A DNA stretch of 64,000 nucleotides from an uncultured delta proteobacterium (GCA_963782055.1 CAWAIF010000003.1:5088001-5152000); one strand, 5' to 3'. Counted from the first letter of the stretch, positions 1 to 18,754 are shown. Program-made: numbers and translations. The notes: generated by a model not told the origin, from the letters alone.

Positions 1-762
1 GACAGCGCCGGCGTGCTGCTCATCAACTTCACCACCTACGCCGATGTCTTCAAGACCGAGAAGCTGAACCAGAACCTCGCCAACGGGACGTTCAACTTCG
101 TCATTCGCCTTCGCAACTACAACGGGACCGCCAACGACACGAGCGTGGAGGCCGCCGTCTTCGTGTCCGACGGCACCAACAACGGCGACGGCGGCATCGT
201 CCCGGCGAGCTTCGACGGCGGCGACTCGTGGGCGATAGACCAGGGGTCGTTGCTGGGGGGCGTCGGCCCGCCGTACATCCCCCTCCCCAACTCGGTCGAC
301 ACCTCGGCCTACGTCACCGACGGCGTGCTGGTGGCGTCGCTGGCGAGCGCGGAGCTGCAGTTCGCCTCGGGCGCCGGCCTCGGGTCGCTGCACGTCAAGC
401 TCTCCAGCGCGGTGATCACCGGGAAGATCGTCCCCTCGGGGTCGAGCTACCGCATCGACGAGGGGACCATCGCCGGCCGCTGGCCGTCGCGGGACTTCCT
501 CACCACGCTGGAGGCCGTGCGCGATCCCATCACGCAGGGCGCGCTCTGCGGCACCAACCCAACCTACCAGGCCATTCGCAAGCTCGTCTGCGACGCGCAG
601 GACATCACCGCGAGCGTGCAGAACGACAACACCAACGCCCCCTGCGACGCCCTGAGCGTCGCGATAGGTTATGGCGCCGGCCCGGCGAAGTTCGGCGGGG
701 TACGCGAGGGCGGCGTGCCGGACCACCCGTGCGGCCCCCAGTGGGTCGATCAGTGCCAGTGA
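1..762 (+). CDS. Hypothetical secreted myxobacterial protein, C-terminal part (5' end outside window)
   Basis: Frame open from base 1, strong GC3 bias, Cys-containing C-terminus (CGTNP, CDAQD, CDALS, CGPQWVDQCQ). Confidence 0.7.
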   Translation, partial: DSAGVLLINFTTYADVFKTEKLNQNLANGTFNFVIRLRNYNGTANDTSVEAAVFVSDGTNNGDGGIVPASFDGGDSWAIDQGSLLGGVGPPYIPLPNSVDTSAYVTDGVLVASLASAELQFASGAGLGSLHVKLSSAVITGKIVPSGSSYRIDEGTIAGRWPSRDFLTTLEAVRDPITQGALCGTNPTYQAIRKLVCDAQDITASVQNDNTNAPCDALSVAIGYGAGPAKFGGVREGGVPDHPCGPQWVDQCQ

Positions 763-846
763 GGGCCCGACCACCCCGCGTGGGATGGGCCCCCGCCCGT
801 CCCGGCTGTTGACCGCAGCCCCGTCCGTACGCATCTTGGGGGCGTC

Positions 847-1515
847 GTGTGCCCCTACTGCCGCAAGAACGCCCCCATCGTTTACCGCGGCGTCGCGGCG
901 TACTGCACGGCATGCGGAGGTCCGCGCTGGCCGCTGGCCGCCAAGTCCACCAACCTCGCCGGGCAGACCTCCATCGTGGGCGGCACCGTGGCGCGCGTCT
1001 TCGGGTGGATCGTCCTCGGCCTCGGCCTGACGCTCGGGCTGATGCTCATGGGCCTGCTGCAGGCCATCTTCCCTGCGGGGTTCGCCGGGTACGCCGTGGG
1101 CATCCCCATCGCGCTGCTCGGCCTCGGCTTCGGCATCGCGCTGCTCCGGGGTGGCAAGTCCCTCGCCAAGACCGGCATGGACGAGCAGAAGGAGACGCGC
1201 GTGCAGGCCATCTTCTCCCTCTCCGAGCACCGCGGCGGCATCGTGACCGCGCAGGAGGTGGCGAGCGCGGTCGGCATGCCCGTCGCGGAGGCGGACGCCC
1301 TGCTGACCGAGCTGGCGAAGACGCACCCGGATCATGCGGGCGTCGAGATCGACGACCAGGGCGGCGTCTATTACCGCGTGAGCGCGCGCGGCCTGGTGCG
1401 CGTGCAGGCCTTCGACGATCGGGTGCGGGTGTCGAGCACCGCGACCCGCCCGCCGGCGGAGGAGCCGGCGGAGGTGGAGGGCGCGCAGCCGCCTCGCAGG
1501 CGCGCCCAGCGCTGA
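847..1515 (+). CDS. Zinc-ribbon membrane protein
   Basis: N-terminal CPYC...CTAC, two hydrophobic helices, then a soluble domain (GIVTAQEVASAVGM...ADALLTELA). Start uncertain. Confidence 0.7.
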   Translation: MCPYCRKNAPIVYRGVAAYCTACGGPRWPLAAKSTNLAGQTSIVGGTVARVFGWIVLGLGLTLGLMLMGLLQAIFPAGFAGYAVGIPIALLGLGFGIALLRGGKSLAKTGMDEQKETRVQAIFSLSEHRGGIVTAQEVASAVGMPVAEADALLTELAKTHPDHAGVEIDDQGGVYYRVSARGLVRVQAFDDRVRVSSTATRPPAEEPAEVEGAQPPRRRAQR

Positions 1516-1541
1516 GCGCGACGCCCCTCCCAGGACACTCA

Positions 1542-1577
1542 CTGAGAGGGATGTGAACGAAGTTCACATCCTCTCAG
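1542..1577. terminator. Long hairpin between convergent genes, possible bidirectional terminator
   Basis: ctgagagggatgtgaac-GAA-gttcacatcctctcag: 16-bp stem with one bulge; overlaps the peptidase stop codon; no U tail. Confidence 0.5.
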
Positions 1578-3054
1578 ACGCGCGCTGCGACTCCGGCACG
1601 CGACCGAGATCGCCCTCGGCGTCCGCCAGGCGCAGCGCGACGTAGGCGTACGCCGCCGCCGCCTTCGCCAGCGCGTCGCGGTCGACGGCCTCCATGGTGT
1701 CACCCGCGGTGTGGTGCACGTCGAAGTAGCGCGACGCGTCCTGGCTCACGTCGAGCACAGGCACGCCGAGCGCCCGGAGGCCGTTGACGTCCGCCCCGCC
1801 CCACGCCGGCTTCTTCGGGGCGGCGATGCCGAAGGGCGCCAGCCCGCGCGCGATGGAGTCGAAGAGCGGGGCGCGGTCGGGCGCGCCCACCCAGCGCACG
1901 GCGTAAGGCGCGCCCGCGCCCAGATCGGCCTCCATCGCCGCCACGTGCGGCTCCTCGCCGTGCGCCGCGTCGTAGGCCTTCGCCCCGTTGCCGCTGTTCT
2001 CCTCGGAGGCGAAGAGCACGACGCGCACCGTACGCCTCGGCACGCCGCGCCGCCGGATGAGGCGCGCTGCCTCCAGCACGATGCCCACACCGGCGCCGTC
2101 GTCCACCGCGCCGCGCCCCAGGTCCCACGCGTCCAGGTGCGCGCCGAGCAGCACCAGCTCCTTGGTGCGCCCGGGCACCTCGCCGATGACGTTGGCGCTC
2201 GTGGCGTCGGGGAGCTTCTTCGGCGTCAGCCGCAGCGTGATCTCGGTGGCGGGATCGCGCGCCACCGCGCGGGTGAGCACGTCGGCGTCGGCGATGGAGA
2301 GCGCCGCCGCCGGGATGGCCTTCACCTTGGGATCGTAGCGCAGGAACCCGGTGTGCGGCAGGCGCGAGTGATCGGTGCCGATGGAGCGGATGACGACGGC
2401 GAGCGCGCCGTGCGCGGCGGCGATGCTCGGCCCGGCGACGCGCACGCCGATCCCCTGCCCGTACCCGTGGCCGTCGCGCGCGCGAGGGATGGATACGTCG
2501 AAGAAGAGGATCTTGCCCTTGTAGGCGTCCGCCGCCGCGTGCTTCGCCGCGTCGAGGGAGGTCACGCGGACCACCGGCGCGCGGACGCCCGCGGCGGGCG
2601 TGGCCACGCTCATCCCGATGGCCGTCACGACGAGCGGGCTCGGCGGGTCGACGATGGCGCACGACGCATCCCCGCGCTCCCAGTGCGGCACCTTCACCGG
2701 CTCGGACCGGACGTTCCGCAGACCCAGCCGGCGCATCGCAGCGAGCGCCCACGCCACCGCGCGGGCGTCCCCGGGGCTGCCGGCGAGGCGCGGCCCCACC
2801 TCGTCGGAGAGCGACTCCGCGAGCTTGAATGCGCCGTCGTCCAGGGCCTCCTCGCTGAAGAGGCGACCGGCCTCGGCGGCCTCGTTCGGCGCCGCGGACG
2901 CCGCGGGCGGCGCGCTCGCCGCCGGAGGCACCTCGGCGCGCGTCGGGTCCGCGTGGGCGACGCCCGGCGACGGGACCGCGCGGGGCGGCGGCGGGCTCGC
3001 CGCCGGGGCGCAAGCCGCGACCATCGCCACCGCCACCATCCACCGGGTTCGCAT
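1564..3054 (-). CDS. M28-family metallopeptidase lipoprotein (carboxypeptidase Q-like, PA insert)
   Basis: ATG at 3054 (MRTRWMVAVAMVAAC); motifs VGPRLAGS, GAHLDAWD, GAVDDGAG, SEENSG, HHTAGD. Confidence 0.9.
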   Translation of the reverse strand: MRTRWMVAVAMVAACAPAASPPPPRAVPSPGVAHADPTRAEVPPAASAPPAASAAPNEAAEAGRLFSEEALDDGAFKLAESLSDEVGPRLAGSPGDARAVAWALAAMRRLGLRNVRSEPVKVPHWERGDASCAIVDPPSPLVVTAIGMSVATPAAGVRAPVVRVTSLDAAKHAAADAYKGKILFFDVSIPRARDGHGYGQGIGVRVAGPSIAAAHGALAVVIRSIGTDHSRLPHTGFLRYDPKVKAIPAAALSIADADVLTRAVARDPATEITLRLTPKKLPDATSANVIGEVPGRTKELVLLGAHLDAWDLGRGAVDDGAGVGIVLEAARLIRRRGVPRRTVRVVLFASEENSGNGAKAYDAAHGEEPHVAAMEADLGAGAPYAVRWVGAPDRAPLFDSIARGLAPFGIAAPKKPAWGGADVNGLRALGVPVLDVSQDASRYFDVHHTAGDTMEAVDRDALAKAAAAYAYVALRLADAEGDLGRVPESQRASERM

Positions 3055-3129
3055 CGCGCGCGATGCTACGCCGCGAGCCGCCGGCGCGCGCCGTGTTTTT
3101 GGAAACCTGCTGGGCGCGACGTCGGCGCG

Positions 3130-7670
<4,541 letters not shown>

Positions 7671-7674
<4 letters not shown>

Positions 7675-9074
7675 GCGATCCGCGCGGCTTCCTCCGCATC
7701 CGCAAGAAGAAGGAGGGCGAGCGCCCGACCGGCGAGCGCACCCACGACTGGCGGGAGATCGTCGTGCCCGCGCCGCTCTCGCAGGTGCGCGAGCAGGCGA
7801 CGCGCTGCATGGACTGCGGCATCCCCTTCTGCCACCGCGGCTGCCCGCTGGGGAACCTCATCCCCGACTTCAACGAGCTGGTGGCCGACGGCCGCCTGGA
7901 CGACGCGGCGGCGCGCCTGGCCCTCACCAACAACTTCCCGGAGGTGACCGGCCGCGTCTGCCCGGCGCCGTGCGAGGCGTCGTGCGTCCTGGAGCTGGAA
8001 GGGCAGAGCGTCACCATCAAGACGGTGGAGCGGACCATCGCCGATCACGAGCGCGCCGGCGGCCTTCGCCCGGTGATCGCCGCGACGCGGAGCGGGCGGC
8101 GGGTGGCGGTGGTCGGCTCCGGGCCGGCGGGGCTCGCGGCGGCGCAGCAGCTCGCGCGGGCCGGGCACGAGGTCACCGTCCTCGAGCGCGCGGATCGCCT
8201 GGGCGGGCTGCTGCGGTACGGGATCCCCGATTTCAAGATGGAAAAGGGCGTGATCGACGCGCGCCTGGCCCAGATGCAGGCCGAGGGCGTGCGCTTCGTC
8301 ACCGGGACGTCGCCCTCGCCGGCCGAGCTGGCGGCGTACGACGCGACGGTGCTGGCCATCGGCGCCGGGCGCCCGCGTGATCTCGGCGTGCCCGGCCGGG
8401 AGCTCGGCGGCGTGCACTTCGCCATGGAGTTTCTGGAGCAGCAGAACCGCCGCGTCGCGGGCGACGCCGTCCCGGAGGAGAGCGCCATCTCGGCGGCGGG
8501 CAAGCGCGTCGTCGTCATCGGCGGCGGCGACACCGGCTCCGACTGCGTGGGCACGTCGATCCGCCAGGGCGCGGCGAGCGTGCTGCAGCTGGAGATCATG
8601 CCGCGGCCGCCGGAGGCGCGCGCGCCGTCCAACCCGTGGCCGGAGTGGCCGCTGGTGCTGCGCACCTCCTCGTCGCAGGAGGAGGGCGCGGAGCGCGACT
8701 GGGCGGTGATGACGCGCGCGCTGCGCGGCGAGGACGGCGCGGTGCGCGCGCTCGAGGCGGTGCGCGTCGAGCTGCACGAGGGCGCGCTGCGCCCGGTCGC
8801 CGGCGGGGAGCTGGAGATCCCCTGCGAGCTCGTCCTGCTCGCGATGGGCTTCCTCGGCCCGGAGACGGACCTGGTGCGCGCCCTGGGCGCGGAGCTGGAC
8901 GCGCGGGGCAACGTCCGCATCGGGGACGACATGTCCACGAGCGTGCCGGGGGTGTTCGCCGCCGGCGACGCCTCGCGCGGGCAGTCGCTGGTCGTCTGGG
9001 CCATCGCCGATGGCCGCGCGGCGGCGGAGGGCGTGGAGAGGTACCTGCGCGAACGGGCGCGCGTGGTGGCCTGA
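7671..9074 (+). CDS. gltD: Glutamate synthase small subunit
   Basis: GTG start overlaps gltB stop (GTGA); RCMDCGIPFC..GCP, GRVCPAPCE, GSGPAG, GGGDTGSDC, GD..RGQSLVVWAI. Confidence 0.97.
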
Positions 9075-9125
9075 GCCCCGCTCACGCGCGTGGTGCGGCG
9101 GCGCGGTCCGCGTTACCTTCGGCGC

Positions 9126-9686
9126 ATGGCGCACAAGATCGAGCCTTCCCCCTCCGGGCGCGCGTCGTGCCGCGCGTGCAAGGAGCGCATCGCCAAGGAC
9201 GTCCTGCGCTTCGGCGAGGAGTTCGCCAACCAGTTCTCCGACGACGGCGGCATGGCGTTCCGCTACTACCACCTCGCGTGCGCGGCGAAGACGCACGCCA
9301 ACGAGCTGAAGGCGGCGCTGGCGGAGTACGACGGCGAGGTCCCCGACCGCGAGGCGCTCGACGCGCTCATCGCGACGCACCTGCGGCCGGACTTCCCCTA
9401 CGCGGAGCGCGCCCCCTCCGGCCGCGCCCGGTGCCGCGGGTGCGAGGTCACCATCAAGAAGGACGAGCTGCGCGTCGCCTTCGAGCGCGTGTTCGACACC
9501 GGCATGGGCACGCAGAAGAGCGCGGCCTACGTCCACCCCGCGTGCCTGAAGACCTACCTGGAGAAGGAGGCCTCCCTCGGGCGGGACGAGGGCGGGGTGG
9601 ACTCGGTGCTGGAGCGCGTCGCCGCCCACAGCACGAAGCTGTCGGCGGAGGACCTGGCGGCGGTGCGCGAAGCCGCAGCGGGGTGA
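9126..9686 (+). CDS. Stand-alone tandem PARP-type zinc-finger protein
   Basis: Two repeats: SGRASCRACKERIAKDVLR...YHLAC and SGRARCRGCEVTIKKDELR...VHPAC (CxxC...HxxC zf-PARP pattern). Confidence 0.88.
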   Translation: MAHKIEPSPSGRASCRACKERIAKDVLRFGEEFANQFSDDGGMAFRYYHLACAAKTHANELKAALAEYDGEVPDREALDALIATHLRPDFPYAERAPSGRARCRGCEVTIKKDELRVAFERVFDTGMGTQKSAAYVHPACLKTYLEKEASLGRDEGGVDSVLERVAAHSTKLSAEDLAAVREAAAG

Positions 9687-9886
9687 CGACGCGTCGCGCG
9701 CGGATCGGCGACGGCGTCCGGTGTCTTGCGCCGTGCGCCTCGAGCCGGAGACGCTGAAGCACGATGCTCATCGGGACGGAACAACGCGCAGGAGCGGGGT
9801 CGGCCCTTTCAGTCAGTTCTCGAAGGGTCGCGTGAGGATGGCTGACGCGTCCGCCCTTCAAGTGGACACGGGCTCGTCCTCGCGCG

Positions 9887-10369
9887 TCACCCCTTGTACG
9901 CGCGCGGCCCGAGCACGGGGCCGAGCCGCATCGCGCCAGCGGGAACGCCCATGCCGCTCGGCGGCATCCCCTGCAGGGCGGCGGGAGGCACGTCGTCCTT
10001 GAAGTGCAGCTCGATCGTGCCGCTGCCCTTGGGAATCGCGGCGGCGACCTGGATGGTCACGTGCAGGCCGTCGGGCGCGAGGCGCACGGTGCCGGCAGGC
10101 TCGCCCGCGGCATCGGCCAGGCGCGCCTCGAGGACGCACTCCTTGTGCACGGCTGCGACGACCCGTGTCGCCGTGATGGCGAAGGCGCCGTCGACCGTCT
10201 GATGCTCGGCGGCGGCGGAGCGGCCCGGCGACTGCCAGGTACCGGCGAGCCGGACGAAGATGCCGGGCGACTGGTGGACGATGGGCTCCCCACCGAGGAT
10301 GGAGGTCAACGCCTCCGGGAGCTTCGGAACCCCGAAGAGCGCGTCGCGAACCTTCTTGCCGAGGCTCAT
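9887..10369 (-). CDS. Hypothetical protein (160 aa)
   Basis: ATG at 10369 (MSLGKKVRDALF); plausible composition; sigma54-like promoter upstream. Confidence 0.65.
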   Translation of the reverse strand: MSLGKKVRDALFGVPKLPEALTSILGGEPIVHQSPGIFVRLAGTWQSPGRSAAAEHQTVDGAFAITATRVVAAVHKECVLEARLADAAGEPAGTVRLAPDGLHVTIQVAAAIPKGSGTIELHFKDDVPPAALQGMPPSGMGVPAGAMRLGPVLGPRAYKG

Positions 10370-10395
10370 GCCGCCAAGGTTCGCCGTGGCGCAGA

Positions 10396-10411
10396 TGCAA
10401 GTCAACGGCCA
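10396..10411 (-). promoter_or_regulatory. Putative sigma54 promoter
   Basis: TGGCCGttgacTTGCA, GG-N10-GC, 26 nt upstream of the ATG at 10369. Confidence 0.55.
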
Positions 10412-10436
10412 TGGCGCGGCGAGGGCGCGCGCCGAC

Positions 10437-11951
10437 TCACTCGCATTGGTCCAGTCCACGCATCGAGCGCCACCCGCGCCCCGACGACTCCGTCGCGCGC
10501 CACGCGTCGCGCGCGGCGGCGCGGTCCGCCGGGTGCGCGCGCAGGTACGGGTGGTCGAGCGCCGTGCACGCGCCGCTGCCGAGCGACTCGAGATAAGGCA
10601 GGTCCAGCACCGCGCCCCGCTGCGCGCGATCCAGGTTGCGCCGTGCGACGTAGCCGTCGGCGTCGAAGGAGGCTGCCGCCACACCCACCGCCGCCACGCC
10701 CACGAGCAGCGCGCTCGCGTAGCCCGTCCACCCGCGCCGCAACGACTTCACCACCGTCAGCACCAGCACGACGCCCACCGCGAGATCGACGAAGGCGACG
10801 CCCAGCCGCAGGTAGGTCGCGCCGTAGGCCTGCTCGTAGAGGGCGAGGCGCTCCACGCACGACGCGAGCGTCACGCCGGTCAGACCGAGCAGGGTGCACT
10901 CCACCGCCTTCAGCTTCGCGCCGCCGGGGACCGGCCCCGTCCGCTCGCCAGTGGAGGGCCTCACCAGGAAGTGCCCGGCGAGCACCAGGCAGACGCTCAG
11001 CGTCGCGGCGCAGAGGAGCTGGAAGAAGCCCGCGTGCAGGTAGCCGGAGTAGGTCTCACCCGCGGCGCGCAGCAGCTCGTGCGTGCGGAAGAAGCGCGGC
11101 ACGCTCACCCCGACGTAGACGGCGAAGACCGCCGCCACCTGCGCGAGCACCATCGCCCAGGTGACCTGCGAGACCCAGGGCGCGGGGGCGGCAGGCGCCT
11201 CCGGCGTCGCACGCGCGTGGCGGTACGGCCCCACGGACGGCTGCTCGGCCGCGGCCCGCGTACGCGCCACCACGAGCTGGGCGCGGGCGAAGGCGAGCGC
11301 GATCCCGGCACCGAGCAGCACGTAGGCACCGACCAGTGCGGCGGTCCCGAAGCGGTCGTAGGCCGCGTCGAGCGCCGCGACGAAGGCGGGGTCGAAGGAG
11401 AGGAGCATCACGAAGACGATCGCGACGGGCACGCCGAGCAGCAGGCCCAGCCCGACGGGCCCGGCCAGCCGCCTCGTCGTCCCGCCGAGCGCGGCGCCGG
11501 TCACCTTCCCCGCGTCGACGGCGCCGAGCGGGAGGCGGAGCACCGCGCGCAGGGCCCGGGAGGCCGCGCCGCTCACGTCCGGCGCCTCGCCGCGCGCCAG
11601 CGCGGGCATCAGGAGCAGGAGGGTCAGCCCCTCCGGAACGGCCAGCGCGCCGGTCCACTCGCTGGCGTGCGCGAGGTACGCGAAGCCGAGCCCCACGCAC
11701 GCCGCGAGGGCCGTCCAGGCGGCGACCGGCACGCGACCGCGGCGGAACACGGCGAGGAGGGCGGCGGCGGCGGCGCTCTCCCACAGCCACGCGTTGAGGC
11801 CCCAGCGGGCGTCGTAGAAGAGCGCCTGGGTGACGGCGCCGGCGACCAGGGCGCCGGCGAGCCAGAGGCGCGCGTCCTGGCGCGCGGCGGAAGGAGCGTG
11901 TGGGGCGAGAGGGCGGTCGAGGGTGCTGGAGCTCGTGGTGGTGGCTGTCAT
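10437..11951 (-). CDS. DUF4153/DUF4173-like multi-pass membrane protein
   Basis: Many TM helices; LLSFDPAF, TYSGYLHAGFFQL, RLALYEQAYGATYLR, DGYVARRN, LDLPYL resemble this family. Confidence 0.8.
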   Translation of the reverse strand: MTATTTSSSTLDRPLAPHAPSAARQDARLWLAGALVAGAVTQALFYDARWGLNAWLWESAAAAALLAVFRRGRVPVAAWTALAACVGLGFAYLAHASEWTGALAVPEGLTLLLLMPALARGEAPDVSGAASRALRAVLRLPLGAVDAGKVTGAALGGTTRRLAGPVGLGLLLGVPVAIVFVMLLSFDPAFVAALDAAYDRFGTAALVGAYVLLGAGIALAFARAQLVVARTRAAAEQPSVGPYRHARATPEAPAAPAPWVSQVTWAMVLAQVAAVFAVYVGVSVPRFFRTHELLRAAGETYSGYLHAGFFQLLCAATLSVCLVLAGHFLVRPSTGERTGPVPGGAKLKAVECTLLGLTGVTLASCVERLALYEQAYGATYLRLGVAFVDLAVGVVLVLTVVKSLRRGWTGYASALLVGVAAVGVAAASFDADGYVARRNLDRAQRGAVLDLPYLESLGSGACTALDHPYLRAHPADRAAARDAWRATESSGRGWRSMRGLDQCE

Positions 11952-12056
11952 GGTCCTGTCCTCCTCCTACGCCGCGCACCACACGCTCACCCGCGCCACC
12001 GCGGCGAGCGGCTCCAAGTCGGCCGCGAACGGTCGCGCCGCGGGGCTGGCCGGACC

Positions 12057-12161
12057 GGGACGTGTCCCGGGACGGTCCCAGGGCGATCGGCGCTCGTCCC
12101 ACGCACGCCCCCGCAAGAAGCCGCCACTTCGGCGCGCTCGGGCGCCGGCATCGTCGTTGCT
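12057..12161 (+). promoter_or_regulatory. Putative sigma54 promoter with tandem palindromic upstream sites
   Basis: CGGCATcgtcgTTGCT at 12146-12161; GGGACgtGTCCC (12057-12068) and GGGACgGTCCC (12069-12079) upstream; AAGGAGG RBS before ATG 12200. Confidence 0.65.
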
Positions 12162-12199
12162 CTAGCTCCGGGGACCACCCCCCCTGAAGGAGGCTTCCC

Positions 12200-13561
12200 A
12201 TGATTCGCCCGTCGCTTTCGCATCCACTCCGCGCCGCCCACTCCGTCATCTTCGCCCTGCTCGCCCTCGCCGCCGGCGCCGGCTGCGGTCCGGCCGATGG
12301 AGGCGTCGCAGGAGGAGGCGACTGCGGCTCATGCCCGGTCGGGCAACAGTGCGTGGCGGGTCAGTGCCAGGCGCCGAAGCCCCCGCCGCCGACGAGCTGC
12401 GACGCCTGCGGTCTCGGACAGGTGTGCAGCGACCAGGTCTGCGTGGCGTGCACGCCGGACACCGCCACGCCGCTCGACGACATCAACTACGACAAGGACG
12501 TGGAGCTGCCCGCCGGCTGCTACGTCGCCCACAACCTGGTGCGCATCGAGAACGGCGCCACCATGACGATGGATCCCGGCGTCACCGTCTTCTTCGCCAC
12601 CGGCACCCGGCTGGAGGTCGACGCCGAGAGCGGGCTCCACGCCGCCGGCACCGATGCGAACCCCATCCTGCTCACCGGCACCCAGCAGGTGCGCGGCCAC
12701 TGGGACGGCGTGCAGTTCCAGTCGGACCTGCCCGCCAACCTGCTCGACCACGTGGTGGTGGAGTACGCCGGGAGCGACGATCGCGCCACCGGGGAGGGCA
12801 GCGCGACCGTGATGCTCGCGGACTCCGCCGCGGCGTCCATCACGCACTCGACGCTCCGGGAGAGCAACGGCTACGGCCTCTTCCTGTTCAAGGACGCCGA
12901 GCTGCCCGCCTTCGACGGCAACACCCTCACCAGGAACGCGCTGGGGCCCGCGTCGGCGGGCGCCGACGGCGTCGACCAGCTCACCCCCGGCTCCAGCTAC
13001 ACAGGCAACGACGACGACGAGGTGACCATCACCTCGGTCTCCTACCAGGGCAACACCGTCTCGCACGACGAGACGTGGCCCAGCCTCGGCGTGCCCTACC
13101 TGCTCGCCTTCTCGCGCACCTTCGTGGACAGCCGCCTGACGCTCGCGGCGGGCGTGACCGCGCGCTTCCAGCAGAACGGATCGCTGGAGATCAGCAGCTC
13201 CGGCGCCCTCACCGCCATCGGGACCTCGGCCGCCCCCATCCAGCTCCTCGGCACCCAGGACGTCCCCGGCTGGTGGGCGGGCGTGACCGTCAACAGCTCG
13301 AGCAGCCCGGACAACCAGTTCGACTACGTCACCATCGCCGACGCCGGCAACGGCTCGTACAACTCGTACGACTACCAGGCAGATCTGGCGCTCGGGTACA
13401 CCGGCGGCGCGCCGGTGCGCTTCTCGGCGAAGCACAGCACCTTCCGCACGAGCGCCGGCTGGGGCATCGCCGTCGGGTCGAGCCACGCCCTGAACGCCGA
13501 CATCGACACCTCCAACCAGTTCACCGACGACGCGCTCGGCAGCATCGAGTACGCCAACTGA
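12200..13561 (+). CDS. Secreted lipoprotein, Cys-rich N-terminus and two beta-helix-like repeats
   Basis: Lipobox-like AGAGC; internal repeat A.GT...PI.L.GTQ...G.W.GV...N..D.V...AG occurs twice. Confidence 0.8.
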   Translation: MIRPSLSHPLRAAHSVIFALLALAAGAGCGPADGGVAGGGDCGSCPVGQQCVAGQCQAPKPPPPTSCDACGLGQVCSDQVCVACTPDTATPLDDINYDKDVELPAGCYVAHNLVRIENGATMTMDPGVTVFFATGTRLEVDAESGLHAAGTDANPILLTGTQQVRGHWDGVQFQSDLPANLLDHVVVEYAGSDDRATGEGSATVMLADSAAASITHSTLRESNGYGLFLFKDAELPAFDGNTLTRNALGPASAGADGVDQLTPGSSYTGNDDDEVTITSVSYQGNTVSHDETWPSLGVPYLLAFSRTFVDSRLTLAAGVTARFQQNGSLEISSSGALTAIGTSAAPIQLLGTQDVPGWWAGVTVNSSSSPDNQFDYVTIADAGNGSYNSYDYQADLALGYTGGAPVRFSAKHSTFRTSAGWGIAVGSSHALNADIDTSNQFTDDALGSIEYAN

Positions 13562-13570
13562 CGCGGCGGC

Positions 13571-14902
13571 TCAGTCGCTGGCTGCGCCGATGCCGAAGCG
13601 GCGCAGCCAGCGGCGGATCTGCGTCCTGTCCTTGCCCATGGCCCGCGCGACGGCGCTCACGTTGCCCTCGTGCTCTCGCATCAACCGCTCCAGGCGTTCC
13701 TGGAGCTGCGCCTCGTCGCCGGACTCGCCGCCGGCGGGGGGGCCGGAGCGCACCGACTCCGGGAGGTGCTCGGCGGCGATGGGGCCATCGCCCGCCAGCG
13801 CGAGCGCCGCGGCGAGCGCCTGCTCCAGCTCGCGCACGTTGAGGGGCCAGTCGTGGGCGACGAGCGCCGCGGCGGCCTCCGCCTCCAGCCGCACCGAGGC
13901 CGCGCGCGGGCCGGCGAGGCGCGTCAGCAGGCGCGCGAGCAGCAGCCCCAGATCGGCGGGGCGCTGGCGCAGCGGCGGGAGCTCGACGCGGTAGCCATCG
14001 AGGCGGCCGAGCAGGTCGGCGCGCAGCCGGCCGCCGGCCTCGAGGGATCGATGGGTGGCGGCGACCACCCGCACGTCCACCTTCTGCGGGCGCGCGGCGC
14101 CCACCGGCGCCACCTCCCCTTCCTGGAGCAAGCGCAGCAGCGCGACCTGGGCCGGCTCGGCCAGCTCGCCCACCTCGTCCAGGAAGAGCGTGCCGCGGTC
14201 GGCGCGCCGCGCCAGGCCGTCCTGATCGTGCGTGGCGCCGGAGAACGCCCCGCGCCGGTGCCCGAAGAGGGTGCTCACCACCAGGTTCTCCGGGAGGGCG
14301 CCGCAGTTGACGGCGACGAGCTCCCCCGCGCGGCCGGACAGCTCGTGGATCGCCCGGGCGGCGAGCTCCTTGCCGGTGCCGGTCTCGCCGTGCACCAGCA
14401 CCGGCACCGGGCTCCCGGCGACGGACTCCAGCCGGTCGAACGCCGCCTCCAGCTCCGGGTGCCACGAGGCGAGCGCGTCGTGCGCGGGCGCGCCGGGGTG
14501 CCGGGGCTCGGCGTCGGACTCCAGCAGGGTGACGAAGCTCCCCCCCAGCCGCACCACCACCCCCGGCTCCAGCGGCTCGCGCTGCACGCGGCGCTCGCCG
14601 ACGAAGATCCCGTTCTTGGAGCCGAGATCCTCGATAACCCACCGCCCGCCGAGCCGCGCGATGCGCGCGTGCTCCTGCGACATCGCCGGGTCGGCGACGC
14701 GCACCTCCAGGACCCTGCCGCGGGCGTCGGGCGTGCTGCCGCGGCCCAGCCGGATCTGCTCCACGCCCTCCAGCGTGTGCCGTCGCCCGCCGGCGAGCGG
14801 CCGCTGCGACTCCAGCACGATCACCAGCCAGGACCGGCTCGGTCGCGCGCCGCGCTTGCCGAGCTGCAGGGTGCGCGTGTCGGGCGGATCGGGCGGGGGC
14901 AC
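13571..14902 (-). CDS. FHA-domain sigma54-dependent activator (FHA-AAA+-HTH)
   Basis: FHA LGR...MSQEHA...DLGSKNG; GETGTGKE; GAFSGA; LFLDEVGE; WPLNVREL; GNVSAVARAMG HTH. Confidence 0.95.
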   Translation of the reverse strand: MPPPDPPDTRTLQLGKRGARPSRSWLVIVLESQRPLAGGRRHTLEGVEQIRLGRGSTPDARGRVLEVRVADPAMSQEHARIARLGGRWVIEDLGSKNGIFVGERRVQREPLEPGVVVRLGGSFVTLLESDAEPRHPGAPAHDALASWHPELEAAFDRLESVAGSPVPVLVHGETGTGKELAARAIHELSGRAGELVAVNCGALPENLVVSTLFGHRRGAFSGATHDQDGLARRADRGTLFLDEVGELAEPAQVALLRLLQEGEVAPVGAARPQKVDVRVVAATHRSLEAGGRLRADLLGRLDGYRVELPPLRQRPADLGLLLARLLTRLAGPRAASVRLEAEAAAALVAHDWPLNVRELEQALAAALALAGDGPIAAEHLPESVRSGPPAGGESGDEAQLQERLERLMREHEGNVSAVARAMGKDRTQIRRWLRRFGIGAASD

Positions 14903-14917
14903 GAGGTGGAGCGTAGA

Positions 14918-18750
<3,833 letters not shown>

Positions 18751-18754
<4 letters not shown>

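Noticed and set aside
9780..9870. Hammerhead ribozyme, tRNA or attC site
   Set aside because: Core consensus elements are not properly present on either strand.
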